Shown here piece by piece: positions 10,318 through 20,529 of a DNA stretch of 64,000 bases. A program made the translations under genes and the position numbers. Origin of the DNA: Chloroflexota bacterium (GTDB lineage: Bacteria > Chloroflexota > Dehalococcoidia > Lucifugimonadales > GCA-002723415). The DNA is taken from the NCBI GenBank assembly GCA_002723415.1, contig PBOA01000031.1, positions 23,991 to 87,990 on the forward strand, written 5' to 3'. Position 1 is the first letter of the stretch. The number at the start of each line of letters is the position of its first letter. Below the pieces are notes generated by a model that saw only the letters and a program-made list of their open reading frames with translations, had not been told where the DNA came from and did no database searches.

Positions 10318-11058
10318 ATGCAAAATAAAAACCGTACTTTGAATTTAGAAAAAGTTTCGATTGTTAATCGAATAGATTATACTGATGATTTGTGTAGTTT
10401 ATTTATAGAAAAACCTGTGAACTTTACCTTTAAGCCTGGTCAATACTGTACAATTGGCGTTGATGGTATAGAAAGAGCGTATTCTATTGTTTCGGCACCT
10501 CATGAAAAATATTTAGAATTATTTGTTGAATTAGTACCTTATCCTGATGGAATATTGACTCCATTACTGTTTAATTTGAAAATAATGGATAAAGTTACAA
10601 TTAGACCTAGAGCTAAAGGGTTATTTACATTTAAAAAAGAATATATTAATCATTTATTAGTAGCTACAGTTACTGGAATCGTTCCATACATTAGTTATAT
10701 AAGAGATTATATATATAATGCGGGTTCAGGGAATAATTTTTTTATATTATTAGGTGCTAGCTATATTGATGAATTTGTATATGATTTAGAATTGATTGAT
10801 TTAGCAAAAACATATCCTGATTTTATTAAATTTGTACCTACAATTAGTAGACCTGATGCAGCAAAGAACATTAATTGGAAAGGTGAAACTGGTAGAGTTA
10901 ATCAAATTGTTGAAAAATATTCTAATGATTTTATGCTTTCTCCAAATGATACTTTAGTATCAGCCTGTGGTCATCCTGGTATGATAGAAAATGTTAAAGA
11001 AATTTTGGGTACTAAAGGATTCAAAATTGAAGAAGAGCGTTATTGGAAAGAGGATTGA
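10318..11058 (+). CDS. fpr: Ferredoxin/flavodoxin-NADP+ reductase (bacterial Fpr type)
   Basis: RAYSIVS, TVTGIVP, CGHPGM and C-terminal ERYW. Confidence 0.88.
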   Translation: MQNKNRTLNLEKVSIVNRIDYTDDLCSLFIEKPVNFTFKPGQYCTIGVDGIERAYSIVSAPHEKYLELFVELVPYPDGILTPLLFNLKIMDKVTIRPRAKGLFTFKKEYINHLLVATVTGIVPYISYIRDYIYNAGSGNNFFILLGASYIDEFVYDLELIDLAKTYPDFIKFVPTISRPDAAKNINWKGETGRVNQIVEKYSNDFMLSPNDTLVSACGHPGMIENVKEILGTKGFKIEEERYWKED

Positions 11059-11113
11059 TATCATTTATTATTGGATTATTCATATTTTAAATTAAACATT
11101 AAGTGACATATAT

Positions 11114-13702
11114 ATGGTAACTCCAGCTAGACGTCAATATCTCACAATCAAAAATAATTATAAAGAAGAGATATTATTTTTTCGAATGGGGGATTTTTAT
11201 GAAACTTTTGATTCTGATGCTAAATTACTTTCAAAAGAACTAGATATTGCTTTAACTTCAAGAGAAATGGGTAAAGGGCAGAGAATACCTTTGGCAGGGA
11301 TACCTTATCATTCTTTGGAAACTTATTTGTCAATTTTAATAAATAAGGGATATAAAGTAGCTATTTGCGAACAAATGAGTGAACCTATAAAAGGGAAAAA
11401 GATAGTTGATAGAGAAGTTGTTAGGGTTGTTACTCCAGGAACAATTATTGAAGATGCTTTATTAGACATAACTTCAAACAACTATCTTGTATCGATCTTT
11501 ATTGGTAAATCTGAAGTTGGTTTGTCATATATTGATATTACCACAGGGGAATTTGCTACATCTCAGTTTAAATCCAATGAACTTTCTTATGAATTGTCTA
11601 GAATAAATCCTTCAGAAATCTTATTGATTGAAGGGGATTCTATTGATAAAACATTTCAAGATAAAATAACTTTTATATCAAATTCAAATTTTGATTATTT
11701 AGATTCTGAAAAAATCCTATTAGACCATTTTGGAGTTAGTTCTTTAGAAGCTTATGGATGTGCAGATTTAGATTTAGCAATAATATCTTCTGCTATTATT
11801 ATTGATTACATAAATAACACACAAAAAGAATCTTTGGACACTATAAAAAAACTTTTTACTTATTCAATAAATTCATTTATGTCAATAGATCATTATACAA
11901 AGAAAAATTTAGAGTTGTTTGAAAATTTTAATGAAAATTCTAATAACGAAAAATCTCTTTATAGTATTTTGAACAGAACTCAAACACCTATTGGTGGTAG
12001 GTTGCTAAAAAAATATTTATCTTTTCCTTTAATAGATGTTGATGAGATTCAAAAAAGGCAAGAAATAGTTACGTGGTTATATACAGATTCCATTAATAGG
12101 AAAGCAATTATTGAAATTTTGAACGATATATCTGATATAGAGAGGTTAATGGGAAAAATAAAGCGCTTTTCGGCAACTCCTAGAGACTTGTTATCCTTGT
12201 CAAATAGTTTAAAACTCGCTCCCAAAATTAAATCACTAGTACTAAGTAGTAATATTAAGTCTATATTTTGGTTAGTTAATAATATATTAACAAAGTACAA
12301 ATCTGAGTATTTAATTAATAACTCTATTAATCTTAATGCAACAAATATAATTGGTGATGGACGTACTATCAAGCCTGGTTTTTCACCCGAACTAGATTAT
12401 ATATATAATAATTCTCGAAATGCACGAGATTTCATATCTAACCTTCAAAATAAAGAAAGAGATAAAACTGGTATACGTTCTTTAAAAGTTGGTTATAATA
12501 AAAATTTTGGCTACTATATTGAAATAAGTAATTCAAATATAAAATTAGTTCCTGATCATTATATTAGAAAACAAACATTAGTTGGTGCTGAAAGATTTAT
12601 AACTCCTGAATTAAAAGAATATGAGTTATTATTATTAAACGCTGAAGAAGAAATTAAAAAAATAGAATTGAAATTGTTTAAAGACATATGTATTAATGTT
12701 GGAGAAGAATATGAAGAAATTATGTCATTAGCTAATTCAATTGGACAAATAGATGTGTATAGTTCATTTTCTGCAGTGGCATTAGATTATAATTATGTTT
12801 GTCCTGATGTTAATGATTCTGATTTGATAGACATTAAAGATAGTAGACATCCAGTTGTTGAACAATTATTATCTCCAGGTTCATATATAAGTAATGATAT
12901 AAAAATTTCTAATCGAGAAAATAGGTTATTATTATTGACTGGGCCAAATATGTCAGGTAAGTCAACGTATATACGTCAAGTTGCAATAATTGTTCTTATG
13001 GCACAAATTGGTTGTTATGTTCCTGCACAATATGCCAATATAGGAATTGTAGATAGAATATTTACTAGAGCAGGATTACAAGATGACATTACTATGGGTA
13101 AATCTACCTTTATGGTTGAAATGTCAGAATCAGCTATGATACTTAATCATGCTACCTCAAAATCATTAGTAATCTTAGATGAAATAGGTAGAGGTACTAG
13201 TACTTTTGATGGATTATCGATTGCTACAGCTGTAGCTGAATACTTGTATGAATCTCCAGAACTTGGATGTAAGACTTTATTTGCAACTCATTACCATGAA
13301 ATGGTTAAATTGACAGATAAATATCCATTAGTGAAAAATTTTCATTTTGCTGTCTCAGAATCAGATGAGGACATAATATTTTTACGCAACATATTGCCTG
13401 GTGGGGCTAATAAAAGTTATGGTATAAATGTTGCAAAATTAGCAGGATTACCAAGCAAAGTAATTGATAGGGCAAAAATAATTTTAAATTTATTAGAATC
13501 TAAAGCTATTGAATTAGATACTAGCAGAACTCAGAATAATAATTGTTCTTCTACTACTCAGCTTCAATTATTTGATTATTCTGATCAAATAATTGAAGGT
13601 ATTTTGGATTTAGATATATCATCAATGACACCTTTAGATGCAATATCTAAATTATATGAAATTCAGGATTCAATCAATAAATATAAAAGTCAAGATAAAT
13701 AA
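11114..13702 (+). CDS. mutS: DNA mismatch repair protein MutS
   Basis: FRMGDFYE, TGPNMSGKST, STFMVEM, DEIGRGTST and FATHYHE. Confidence 0.98.
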   Translation: MVTPARRQYLTIKNNYKEEILFFRMGDFYETFDSDAKLLSKELDIALTSREMGKGQRIPLAGIPYHSLETYLSILINKGYKVAICEQMSEPIKGKKIVDREVVRVVTPGTIIEDALLDITSNNYLVSIFIGKSEVGLSYIDITTGEFATSQFKSNELSYELSRINPSEILLIEGDSIDKTFQDKITFISNSNFDYLDSEKILLDHFGVSSLEAYGCADLDLAIISSAIIIDYINNTQKESLDTIKKLFTYSINSFMSIDHYTKKNLELFENFNENSNNEKSLYSILNRTQTPIGGRLLKKYLSFPLIDVDEIQKRQEIVTWLYTDSINRKAIIEILNDISDIERLMGKIKRFSATPRDLLSLSNSLKLAPKIKSLVLSSNIKSIFWLVNNILTKYKSEYLINNSINLNATNIIGDGRTIKPGFSPELDYIYNNSRNARDFISNLQNKERDKTGIRSLKVGYNKNFGYYIEISNSNIKLVPDHYIRKQTLVGAERFITPELKEYELLLLNAEEEIKKIELKLFKDICINVGEEYEEIMSLANSIGQIDVYSSFSAVALDYNYVCPDVNDSDLIDIKDSRHPVVEQLLSPGSYISNDIKISNRENRLLLLTGPNMSGKSTYIRQVAIIVLMAQIGCYVPAQYANIGIVDRIFTRAGLQDDITMGKSTFMVEMSESAMILNHATSKSLVILDEIGRGTSTFDGLSIATAVAEYLYESPELGCKTLFATHYHEMVKLTDKYPLVKNFHFAVSESDEDIIFLRNILPGGANKSYGINVAKLAGLPSKVIDRAKIILNLLESKAIELDTSRTQNNNCSSTTQLQLFDYSDQIIEGILDLDISSMTPLDAISKLYEIQDSINKYKSQDK

Positions 13703-13716
13703 AATATAAAAAACTA

Positions 13717-13745
13717 TTGACTAAAGTTTATTAGAATAAGATAAT
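13717..13745 (+). promoter_or_regulatory. Possible sigma70 promoter for the D-glutamate cyclase pair
   Basis: TTGACT-N17-GATAAT, 27 nt upstream of the AGGAGG-led ATG at 13773; the -10 is imperfect. Confidence 0.35.
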
Positions 13746-13772
13746 CAAAAAAATTATTTTTAGGAGGTATAA

Positions 13773-14570
13773 ATGTCAAATAATCAGAGTTCATTAGATA
13801 ATCCATCTGATTTAAGAAGCTTATTTAGAGATAGTAAATTAATTTGTCCTACTTCAGGTTTAGCTGCTGGTTATGTTCAAACTAATTTGGCTATACTGCC
13901 AAAAAAATATGCTTTTGATTTTTTGTTATTTTGTCAAAGGAATCCAAAGCCATGTCCTTTAATTGAAGTTATTGAGGCGGGAAAATATACGCCAATTCAG
14001 TCAGCACCATATGCTGATATAAGATATGATGTTCCACAATATAGAATATATGAAAATGGAACACTTTCTAAAGAAGTAGATAATATTGCTGATATATGGA
14101 CTGATGAGTTAGTTACATTTCTTTTTGGATGTAGTTTTTCTTTTGAAGAAGCATTGATAGAATCAGGAATAAATTTATCCCATTTTGAGAACAAAAAAAA
14201 TGTATCAATGTTTATTACTAATATAAATACAATACCTGCAGGTGTTTTTTCTGGTCCAACTGTAGTATCTATGAGAGCTATACCTAGAGATAAATTAGTT
14301 AAAACTATTCAAGTAACTTCTAGGTTTCCTAATGTTCATGGAGCTCCAATTCATATAGGAAACCCGGAGCAGATAGGTATTAAAGATATTAACTCTCCAG
14401 ATTTTGGAGATATTAATGTTGTAAATGAAGATGAAGTTCCGGTATTTTGGGCTTGTGGAGTTACGCCTCAAGCTGTTGCAATGAAATCTAAGCCTCCTCT
14501 AATGATTACACATTCTCCTGGTCATATGTTTGTTACTGATATTAAGAATCATGAAGTTGCAGTAATTTAA
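13773..14570 (+). CDS. Putative hydro-lyase, D-glutamate cyclase family (DUF1445, YcsI-like)
   Basis: FLLFCQRNPKPCP, GCSFSFE, HGAPIHIG, PVFWACGVTPQ and HSPGHMFVTD. Confidence 0.92.
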   Translation: MSNNQSSLDNPSDLRSLFRDSKLICPTSGLAAGYVQTNLAILPKKYAFDFLLFCQRNPKPCPLIEVIEAGKYTPIQSAPYADIRYDVPQYRIYENGTLSKEVDNIADIWTDELVTFLFGCSFSFEEALIESGINLSHFENKKNVSMFITNINTIPAGVFSGPTVVSMRAIPRDKLVKTIQVTSRFPNVHGAPIHIGNPEQIGIKDINSPDFGDINVVNEDEVPVFWACGVTPQAVAMKSKPPLMITHSPGHMFVTDIKNHEVAVI

Positions 14571-14571
14571 T

Positions 14572-15429
14572 ATGTTAAGTTCTATAGAAGATATAATTTT
14601 GTCCAATGATGGAAGAGGAATATCGAATTTAAGGAATGGTTTGGTTGAAAATTTTTGTACGGATGCTGCTTCTTTTATTTTGCAAAATAAAGGAATTGTA
14701 GTAATTACGACGGGATTTTATATAGCACGAGCAGGAGCAAGTGAAACTGATGGGCCCCCTGGTGCTATTGCTATAGGAAATGCTTTAGAAGATATTGGGT
14801 ATAAAGTAGTTTATGTTTCAGATAAATATACTATTCAATATCTATCAAAAATAAAGAGAGACAATGCTATTGTTATTGAATTTCCTATTTCTGATGATGA
14901 TTCTAGTAAACAGTTTGCTAATAATTTTTTACTAGAATATAATCCTAATCTTCTTATTTCAATCGAAAGATGTGGATTTGACAAAACTTTTTCTTATAGA
15001 AATATGCATGGAGTAGATTTTTCCAAGTATAATGCAAAAATTGATTATTTATTTAATAATCAAATAAATTCTATAGGTATAGGTGATGGAGGTAATGAAA
15101 TTGGAATGGGTAAATTTATTAACAAAATAATTGAAACTCCATCTTTAGTAAAATATCCATCTTTAACAAAGACATCTTTAACAATAATTTCTAGTGTTTC
15201 CAACTGGGGAGGCTATGGTCTTGTTGCAGCATTATCAAATAAAATTGGTAGTAACCTTCTTATTTCAGTTGAAGAAGAAATTGAATTCATTAAAACTATA
15301 GTAGATATGGGGGCTGTAGATGGTTTTTCTGGTCAAAAACAATACAAAGTAGACGGATTTAATCTACAAGATAATTCTTTTGCATTAATTAATTTACATA
15401 AATTGGTTAATGATACTATCAAAAACTAA
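14572..15429 (+). CDS. DUF4392 protein (D-glutamate cyclase C-terminal-like domain)
   Basis: TTGF, ETDGPPGA, ISIERCG, YRNMHG, IGDGGNEIGMG and SNWGGY. Confidence 0.9.
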   Translation: MLSSIEDIILSNDGRGISNLRNGLVENFCTDAASFILQNKGIVVITTGFYIARAGASETDGPPGAIAIGNALEDIGYKVVYVSDKYTIQYLSKIKRDNAIVIEFPISDDDSSKQFANNFLLEYNPNLLISIERCGFDKTFSYRNMHGVDFSKYNAKIDYLFNNQINSIGIGDGGNEIGMGKFINKIIETPSLVKYPSLTKTSLTIISSVSNWGGYGLVAALSNKIGSNLLISVEEEIEFIKTIVDMGAVDGFSGQKQYKVDGFNLQDNSFALINLHKLVNDTIKN

Positions 15430-16019
15430 GCAGTAATTACTGTATTCTCTTCATCAGAAGTTATATTTTTATCATTTCTAGCATGTAATGCGTCTATACC
15501 TCTTCTGATTCTTCCTAAGGATTCTGCAAGCTGCTCTTCTAAATTACATAATACTTCTCTAGCATAGGCATCAGCGCCATCTCTTGTACTATTGGATATA
15601 GATTCAGCATCTAATTGCATATCATATAATTTCTTCTGCGCATCTTGTTTCATTTTATTACTTTCAGCCATTGTATCGTTGATTATTTGTTCAGCTTCAA
15701 TTTTGGCTGTTTTCAATACTTGAGTCTCCTGTACTCTTTCTGCATGCTCGTTTTTTGAATTTTTTATAATATCTCTTGATTCTTGTTCAGCAGAAGTTTT
15801 TATTCTTTGCGCTTCTAAATAAGCTTGATTAATAATGCTATCTTTTTGTCTTAGTACTTCATCTGCTTCCTGAATATTAGCTGGAACGGCAGCTTGAACT
15901 GCTTCTGCTAGCATAGTTAATTTTTCGATATCAATAAGTACTTTTTTTCTAAATCCTGGCACTCTCATTCCATTCTCAATTAATCCCTCGAGCTCACCGC
16001 TAATTTGTGGTATATTCAT
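15426..16019 (-). CDS. DivIVA/SepIVA-like coiled-coil protein
   Basis: RVPGFRKKVLID N-terminus, long coiled coil, GADAYA motif; conserved position after rsmD-coaD. Confidence 0.7.
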   Translation of the reverse strand: MNIPQISGELEGLIENGMRVPGFRKKVLIDIEKLTMLAEAVQAAVPANIQEADEVLRQKDSIINQAYLEAQRIKTSAEQESRDIIKNSKNEHAERVQETQVLKTAKIEAEQIINDTMAESNKMKQDAQKKLYDMQLDAESISNSTRDGADAYAREVLCNLEEQLAESLGRIRRGIDALHARNDKNITSDEENTVITA

Positions 16020-16030
16020 TATAACCTCCT

Positions 16031-16507
16031 TTAAATTAATTTTTTATTTATATTTTTTAAAACTAATTGAGGTACTAAATTATCGATTTTTCCCCCAAGT
16101 TTTGCTACTTCTTTAATTCTACTTGAAAAAACAAATTGGTAAGATAAAGAACTCATCATGCATACTACATCAATATCTGGAGCTAAATTTCTCCACATTA
16201 ATGCCATTTCAAATTCTTGTTCAAAATCAAATCCGGCTCTTAAACCTCTTATTATAAATTCAGCATTTATTTTGCGTGCAAAATTTGGTGCAAGCTCAGT
16301 AAAAGGTACAACTTCAATGTTTTTATAATCTTTAATAGATTCAGAAAACATTTCGATTCTTTCATTGGTATTGAACATTAGGTTTTTTAAAGGTTTATCA
16401 TAGACAGCAACTGTTAATTTTTCAAACAATTTTGAAGCTCTAATTGCGATATCTAAATGTCCATTATGAACTGGATCAAAACTTCCAGGGTATATAGCTT
16501 TAGCCAT
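16031..16507 (-). CDS. coaD: Phosphopantetheine adenylyltransferase
   Basis: YPGSFDPVHNGH, IRGLR and SSRIKE. Confidence 0.97.
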   Translation of the reverse strand: MAKAIYPGSFDPVHNGHLDIAIRASKLFEKLTVAVYDKPLKNLMFNTNERIEMFSESIKDYKNIEVVPFTELAPNFARKINAEFIIRGLRAGFDFEQEFEMALMWRNLAPDIDVVCMMSSLSYQFVFSSRIKEVAKLGGKIDNLVPQLVLKNINKKLI

Positions 16508-17061
16508 TATATTCCTTTTTTATATATAGAGATTGCACTATCTCCGTATTTTCTTTTTGATATAGATTTAATTTCTTTGAATTCCGATTGTATATTTAAC
16601 TGATGTTTATGTTCTATTATTAAAATTCCTTTGTCATCTAATACATCCTGTTTATATATGTTTTCTATCAATTCTTTTGAATTGAATGAATCGTAAGGAG
16701 GATCTGCAAATATTAATTCGTATTTATTATTTAAATCTTTTAAAGATTTTATAGCATCACCTAGTTTTATATTAAATGTATTAGATAACATTAGGTCAGA
16801 CATGTTTTTTTTAATTTGACCTATATTTTTTGTATTAATTTCTATCATATCTGCCCAGCTTGCCCCCCTGCTTAAAGCTTCTATGCTAAAAATACCTGTT
16901 CCTGCATATAGTTCTAGGATTTTAATGTTTTTTAAAAATTCATTTCCTAAAATTGAAAAAATAGCAAGTCTTAGTTTTTCAGTAGTTGGCCTTAATTGAG
17001 GATTTTTTTGTACTTTTATATATTTACCTTTATGTTTCCCGCCTGTTATTTTAAGTTGCAT
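16507..17061 (-). CDS. rsmD: 16S rRNA m2G966 methyltransferase
   Basis: ITGGKHKG, LRPT, LYAGTG, EALSRGA and DPPY. Confidence 0.95.
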   Translation of the reverse strand: MQLKITGGKHKGKYIKVQKNPQLRPTTEKLRLAIFSILGNEFLKNIKILELYAGTGIFSIEALSRGASWADMIEINTKNIGQIKKNMSDLMLSNTFNIKLGDAIKSLKDLNNKYELIFADPPYDSFNSKELIENIYKQDVLDDKGILIIEHKHQLNIQSEFKEIKSISKRKYGDSAISIYKKGI

Positions 17062-17237
17062 ATAAAATTTATTTAGTTAAATAATAATTATTTTGTAATA
17101 TGCTAGCATGCATAATTCATAAATTAAAAGTAGAATTAGGTCCAATTTTTTATAAATATAAGAAAAGTATAATATTCTTTTTTCATGCTCTAGTGTATAA
17201 TTTGGTAAAAATAAATTTTAATAAAATTGGTGCTAAA

Positions 17238-17864
17238 ATGGAAAAAATTACAGTATTTTATGATTATTCTTGACCATTTGTATATAACGCAACAGTTTGG
17301 TTGCAATATGTTAAATATAGAAAAAAAGAACTTATTTTGGATTGGCGACATTTTCAATTAGAAAAGATTAAAAACCCAGATGAATCTAATATTAACTGGA
17401 ATGATCTAGATTTACAAAAATCTAGATCATTGCTAACTGCAATATCAGCAGAAGCAGCAAAATTACAAGGGCCTAGATTGTTTGACCTTTATCATTCAGC
17501 TATCCTTGATTCTAGACATAATAAACAACCTAGATTAGTTCTTAATAATCTTGATGGATTAATTGATATAGCAGTTGAAGTTGGGCTGAATAAAAATAAA
17601 TTTGTTAATGATATTAATAATCAAAATTTAGTTAATATTGTTGAAAAGGATCACAAAGAAGCTGTTGAAAGATATGGTGTTTTTGGTACTCCTACTTTAA
17701 TATTTGATAATAACCAAAGTGTATTTGTTAAAACATTTATTCCTGGAAATAAGAAAGATTATATTCTATTTTTTGATTATATATTAAAAGTTTTTAGAGA
17801 TATGCCATTTGTAGGAGAATTAAAAAGACCTCAACCACCTTGGCCTAAAGGTTTAAGAAAATAA
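17238..17864 (+). CDS. DsbA-like thioredoxin-fold selenoprotein (Sec12, TGA at 17271-17273), 208 aa
   Basis: ATG 17238 reads MEKITVFYDYS-TGA-PFVYNATVWLQ, in frame with track ORF 17301-17864. The TGA sits at the Cys of the FDxxCP motif; cis-Pro motif GVFGTPT; downstream hairpin. Confidence 0.85.
17285..17313 (+). promoter_or_regulatory. Candidate bacterial SECIS (DsbA-like gene)
   Basis: GCAAC(17289-93)/GTTGC(17300-04) stem with loop AGTTTG 20 nt after the UGA, G at loop position 2; lower TAAC/GTTA stem. Confidence 0.6.
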
Positions 17865-17874
17865 GGTATTTAAA

Positions 17875-18597
17875 TTGAAAAAGAATTTAAAAATTTTACA
17901 AGATAATTTAGGTATTTTTTTTAATGATCAAAAACTTTTAGAATTAGCACTTGTACATTCATCTTTTATAAATGAAAATCCTGAAATTCATGAAATTTCT
18001 AATGAACGTTTAGAGTTTCTTGGAGATGCATTAATTGGAATGTATTTGGCAGAATATGGTTATAAAAATCTTTCAAATTATGATCAAGGTGACCTTACTT
18101 TATTTAGATCTGCATTAGCAAGACGTAAAACATTAGCTATGATTGCCAAATCATTTAATTTAGGTCTTTTTCTCTTTATAGGTAAAGGAGAAGAAAAATC
18201 TTTGGGTAGAGAAAAAGAATCTAACTTGTCGGATGTTTTTGAAGCAATTGTTGGGGCAATATATATTGACCAAGGTTTTATTGTTACATTTGAATTTTTG
18301 AATAAAACTTTTAGTGATAAAATCAATAATATTATTAATTTAAGAGAATTTAAAGATTCAAAATCAATATTACAAGAATTAGTCCAGCAAAAAGGTTATT
18401 TATCTCCAGTTTATGAAGTCATTGAAATAATTGAAAAAGGTAAAGATAAAATATTTGTTGTAGAAGTTAGAATTGGCCATAAAAAAAATCATTTAAAATC
18501 TTATGGTGTTGGCCAAGCTAATAAGATATCTTTAGCAGAATTTGAGGCAGCTATTAAAGCTATAAATTTTTTTAATACCAAAATAAATACTTTTTAG
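17875..18597 (+). CDS. rnc: Ribonuclease III
   Basis: SNERLEFLGDA, SDVFEAIVGAIY and a C-terminal dsRBD (DSKSILQE). Confidence 0.97.
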   Translation: MKKNLKILQDNLGIFFNDQKLLELALVHSSFINENPEIHEISNERLEFLGDALIGMYLAEYGYKNLSNYDQGDLTLFRSALARRKTLAMIAKSFNLGLFLFIGKGEEKSLGREKESNLSDVFEAIVGAIYIDQGFIVTFEFLNKTFSDKINNIINLREFKDSKSILQELVQQKGYLSPVYEVIEIIEKGKDKIFVVEVRIGHKKNHLKSYGVGQANKISLAEFEAAIKAINFFNTKINTF

Positions 18598-18622
18598 TAA
18601 ATTTAATTTATATGACTAGGAT

Positions 18623-19870
18623 TTAAAGAAAATCTGTATTAATTAAAGAGAAGTTTTTTGTTAACTCTAATACTTGTTCCTTGATTCGTTTACTTAAATC
18701 TATATCTTGATGATTTATAAGTGATTCAGTAATTAATTTAGATAATTGTTTTATTGCTGTATTATCAAAACCTCGAGTAGTTATTGATGGGGTACCAAGT
18801 CTTAATCCACTAGCTATGCTTGGAGGGTTAGTGTCAAACGGGATTGCATTTCTATTTACTACAATATTTACTTTACTTAATATTTCTTCAGCATCTTTGC
18901 CTGTGATTTTAAGAGGACTTAAGTCAATTAATATCATATGGTTGTCAGTACCTCCAGATACTAGTCTTAAATCAGATTTATTTAATTCAGATGCTAGAGT
19001 TTGGGCATTATTTTTTATTGATTTTTGGTATTCAATAAACTTGTTTGACTTTGCTTCATGAAATGCTACAGCTTTAGCTGCTATAGTATGCATCATTGGA
19101 CCGCCTTGTGCATTAGGAAATACTGCTCGGTCAATATTCTTTTGAAGGTTTTCTTTTGACAATATAATGCCGCCTCTAGGTCCTCTCAGAGTTTTATGTG
19201 TTGTGGATGTAACAATATCAGCATAACCTATTGGTGAAGGGTGTTGGTCAGCTGCAATAAGACCCGAAATATGTGACATGTCAACCATTAATTTAGCGTT
19301 AATTTCATCAGCTACTTTTTTAAATTTAGCGAAATCTATTGTTCTTGTATATGCAGTAGCTCCTGCAACAATTAATTTTGGCTTGTGTTCTAATGCTAAA
19401 TTGAGTACTTCTTCATAGTCAATTAGCTCAGATTCTCTATCTACTTTGTAGCTAACAAAATTATATAATTTGGAAGAAAAATTGACTTTACTCCCATGAG
19501 TCAGGTGCCCTCCATGCGCTAAATCCATTCCAAGTACTGTGTCTCCTGGTTTTAAAACTGCAAAATAAGCTGCCATATTGGCTTGTGCTCCACTATGAGG
19601 TTGTACGTTAACGTGTTCTGCATTAAATAAGTCTTTTGCTCGCTTAATTGCTAAATTTTCTACTTCATCTACAAATTCACAGCCTCCATAATACCTTTTG
19701 CCTGGATAGCCTTCAGCATACTTGTTTGTCATAACAGAACTTTGAGCTTCTCTAACTGCTTTACTAACAAAATTTTCTGACGCTATTAAATTTATATTAT
19801 TTTCTTGTCGGATAATTTCTTTTTTTATAGCAGAATTTACCTCAGGGTCCCAGTTAGTTAAGCTAGACAT
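18623..19870 (-). CDS. glyA: Serine hydroxymethyltransferase
   Basis: [20 protein letters not shown] and [12 protein letters not shown]. Confidence 0.99.
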   Translation of the reverse strand: MSSLTNWDPEVNSAIKKEIIRQENNINLIASENFVSKAVREAQSSVMTNKYAEGYPGKRYYGGCEFVDEVENLAIKRAKDLFNAEHVNVQPHSGAQANMAAYFAVLKPGDTVLGMDLAHGGHLTHGSKVNFSSKLYNFVSYKVDRESELIDYEEVLNLALEHKPKLIVAGATAYTRTIDFAKFKKVADEINAKLMVDMSHISGLIAADQHPSPIGYADIVTSTTHKTLRGPRGGIILSKENLQKNIDRAVFPNAQGGPMMHTIAAKAVAFHEAKSNKFIEYQKSIKNNAQTLASELNKSDLRLVSGGTDNHMILIDLSPLKITGKDAEEILSKVNIVVNRNAIPFDTNPPSIASGLRLGTPSITTRGFDNTAIKQLSKLITESLINHQDIDLSKRIKEQVLELTKNFSLINTDFL

Positions 19871-19970
19871 TTAGATCTCCTAAATAAGAATAAATATGTA
19901 TATCAAAATTATATTTGAATATTATATAATAAAAACGGTATTAATTGTGAATTTAGAATTTAGGTTTAAA

Positions 19971-20528
19971 TTGGTTGATAAAGAAAAAATTGAACAATCT
20001 GTAATTAACATTATTCAAGCACTTGGAGATGATGTTAATAGAGAAGGTTTAAAAGATACGCCTAAACGTGTATCTAAAATGTACGATGAATTATTTTCAG
20101 GTATAAATAAAGATCCAGGTAAAGTTTTATTAACTGATTTTGAAGAAGCATATGATGATATTGTAATTATTAAGGATTTGCAATTTTTTTCAATTTGTGA
20201 ACACCATTTTTTACCTTTTTTTGGAGTTGCTCATGTAAGCTATATACCTAATGGAAAAGTTGTAGGTGCAAGTAAATTATATAGGTCTTTAGAAATTTTA
20301 GCCCGAAGACCTCAAATTCAAGAGAGATTAACTAACCAATTTGTTAATGTATTAAACGACACTATTAATCCTAAAGGTGTAGGAATAATACTAGAAGCTG
20401 AACATTTATGTATGTCTTTAAGAGGAATAAGAAAACAAGGTAGTAAGATAATAACTTCTCAGACTTCTGGATTAATTAAAAATGACCCTAATTATAGAAA
20501 TGATTTTTTTTCTTTAACTTCGAGTTGA
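19971..20528 (+). CDS. folE: GTP cyclohydrolase I (probable TTG start at 19971; ORF open from 19896)
   Basis: REGLKDTPKRV, CEHHFLPF, RRPQIQERLT and HLCMSLRG. Confidence 0.95.
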   Translation: MVDKEKIEQSVINIIQALGDDVNREGLKDTPKRVSKMYDELFSGINKDPGKVLLTDFEEAYDDIVIIKDLQFFSICEHHFLPFFGVAHVSYIPNGKVVGASKLYRSLEILARRPQIQERLTNQFVNVLNDTINPKGVGIILEAEHLCMSLRGIRKQGSKIITSQTSGLIKNDPNYRNDFFSLTSS

Positions 20529-20529
20529 T

